A stretch of DNA of 64,000 nt from Dimorphilus gyrociliatus (lineage: Eukaryota > Animalia > Annelida), in the NCBI GenBank assembly GCA_904063045.1, contig CAJFCJ010000001.1, positions 1,054,001 through 1,118,000 on the forward strand. Reading direction: 5' to 3'. Below are positions 61,708 through 64,000 of the stretch, in pieces (within the stretch, counting starts at the first letter, position 1; every line of letters starts with the position of its first letter). The notes under the pieces were generated by a model. It worked only from the letters and a program-made list of their open reading frames with translations, ran no database searches and had not been told where the DNA came from. Position numbers and translations under genes: made by a program.

Positions 61708-64000
61708 TCTATCTGCTCGTCGCTTAGACTGAAAAAAATAAATACCTCGGAATCTGCAACAGTTGGCGCTCGTGCGCTTTGCTCACCTTCCCTATTCTCT
61801 CATGCAGCGGCTCCATTTATCCATTATTCTTACTTATTAATATGCAAAACTTTAAGCAAAAATGGTAATATAGCATATATCAAAGTTCATTTTTCATATT
61901 GTCCACAAAATTAGCCTCTGGGGTTTGAATATCATCAAATTATATTCAAAGTTTTAAAGAAGTAGGGGGCACTACTATCAATTCAAAGGAAATTGTCGAC
62001 ATCTATTGGCAAAAAATTTATCTTTTTTTTTAAAATATAAAAACATTTGTTAATTACTTGTTTATGGTTTCTTTTCGGAAATGCATAAGGAAAAAAGAAA
62101 CACATACGTTGAATTTAAGATAATATACACATAGACATACTATATATATATATATATATAATTCTGGTAGTAAATCAGCTTACGTTTTGCTTAAGTAGAA
62201 AAGAATTATATCTCTTAATAAAGTATCAAAACGTTGTTAAATCTTTCTATCTAATTACTGATTAGAAATATTGTTATTATTAGAGAATATTTGCCCGAGA
62301 AGCCCCACCGTCTTTTCGTTTTTAGTAGATGTAATCCTCCTCAAGCTTATTTTTGTATTTTCTCTCGAACTCCCTTTTTTCATTTCTGCCGTCTTCTCTT
62401 GTCATATACAACCAAAGTAAACAGTTCACTATGCATTCTTATATACAGTATACATATATATATATATATATATATATATCAAAAAAGTATTTATCAGTAT
62501 TTAAAAAAACGATTGCCAATATGCAACATTCCATGATTGAATATTTTTTTAATATATATCTGCTTTAATGGCATAAAAACAGTGTTTACAACATTCTTTT
62601 AGCACTGACTGATATTCTATGATTAAATTATAAGATATCATATTAAATATAAAGCAATTACGTAATCATTACTATATTAAAAATGGGAACTTGTTCAATC
62701 TCTTCTTTCTACTCTTCCCTGTCTAGTTTGTTTTTTTTTTCAACCAATCAACAACTATCCTTTTATCTACCTTTTTTTTTCAACCCTTTTTCCTTATCTG
62801 ACAAAATGCTCTAAATGATAATTGAAAAAGATTAAATTACAAATTTATAGCTCTCTTTCTCTCTGTCTCTATCTCTCTCTCTCTCTCTCTTTCTCTCTAT
62901 CCTACAAAATATAATATAAATCATAATCTAACAGCTGGTGTTATAGGAACTGGTAAGTTTTTTATTTTGATGAAAAAAAAGTTGGACATCAAATTTATTT
63001 TAATCAATTAAATACTTTTGTATACTAAAATTTCCACCTTAGAATATTTTAATCGATAAATATTCCCTCAACTTACAACCAGTTAATACTATTTATAGTT
63101 TTTTTTATTATTATTCTACTTTAGAGAAAGTCAACATTTAAAAGAGATAGTATGATAAATAAAAAATATCTATATTAAATAATCTATGTTAGTAGAAAGT
63201 TTGTAATTGTTTTTATCTTTAATATATTTTTTTCGATATCAGTTTCTAAAGAAGAGATAAGCCTCTCTCTTTCTCTCTCTCTCTCTGTCTAATTAACTTC
63301 GCAATGGTAATCATTTTTTTGCAAATAATCAAGTTGCACTATAATACTAAATGTATTTGTCTTTGCAAAAATTGTTCTTTCTTTTTTTTATCTTCCTCTG
63401 CAGTATCACATTGTTTTTATATTAAAAAAAAAAAAAAGAAAACAAGAATGCTACTACTTCTAATGAAACAAACAATTTTTTTGAAATTCATCCTAAAATC
63501 AAGAATTCATAAAAGTTTTGCAATAAGTCTATCGAATAAAAATCCTAAAAACAGTTTTTTTTAAAAATCTTCATAATTTTTTAAGTTTTTGCTTTTTTTT
63601 GTCGTTTTCTGTTTTTCTTGCGGACAATCCATCAGAGTAATGATGTCTTTGATTATTCATTCATCTATTAAGGAGGGTTATTTCGATACTTTACGTGATT
63701 TAGTGCCCGAAAATGCTTGATGAGTTGAGAAAGCTGTATGAATATGAAAAATATAAATATTTATGATAAGCCAATTGAACAAGATTCAAAAACGAAATTT
63801 TAGTAAGATTATTTCGTTTGTGGATTTCATTTAAATGGTAAGCTTTGTATTTTTAAGTATTTAAAAATGTAGTAGAGAAGCATTATATTACCTTTATAAA
63901 ACATGGCTATAATTTGTACACCGGATAATAATCGTCTTACGTCATTTTCAATCGAAGCTTTATCATGTAAATCAGCCCTAGTATTCCATATTTGAATAAT

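Noticed and set aside
1-64000. tRNA, rRNA, CRISPR arrays or intact transposase/RT genes
   Set aside because: None recognisable; the window is eukaryotic and gene-dense.

Overview
AT-rich eukaryotic (animal, probably lophotrochozoan) DNA. It is very gene-dense, with about 24 protein-coding loci in 64 kb, and most introns are only 50-70 nt. This resembles a miniaturised annelid genome such as Dimorphilus (inference only). Left to right: ELAPOR-like (partial), NIF3L1, a Shisa/WBP1-like PPxY membrane protein, PDPR, a CARD+death-domain adaptor, an SRSF1/9-like gene, RPL18A with an intronic H/ACA snoRNA, CNEP1R1 with a U12 intron, kinesin heavy chain followed by an eroded tandem copy of its 3' end, C16orf87, an all-ankyrin protein, two orphan genes, ARL6, a mucin-like protein, HDDC2, a Rab27 locus, an ABCA-like transporter, two DEG/ENaC channels, TUBGCP2 and a peptide GPCR. 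The main highlights are five. (1) Both tandem DEG/ENaC subunits carry a 370-500 aa helical domain in place of the knuckle, and the two inserts look homologous to each other. (2) The Rab27 gene has a single beta1/P-loop exon followed by two complete alternative 3' cassettes, so it could encode two different GTPases. (3) The full-length ABCA has degenerate catalytic motifs in both NBDs. (4) Eleven TATA-CWG-TATA sites match Tc1/mariner excision footprints. (5) The RPL18A intron holds a SNORA68-like guide. All gene models were spliced by hand and all homology calls come from recalled motifs, not database searches.
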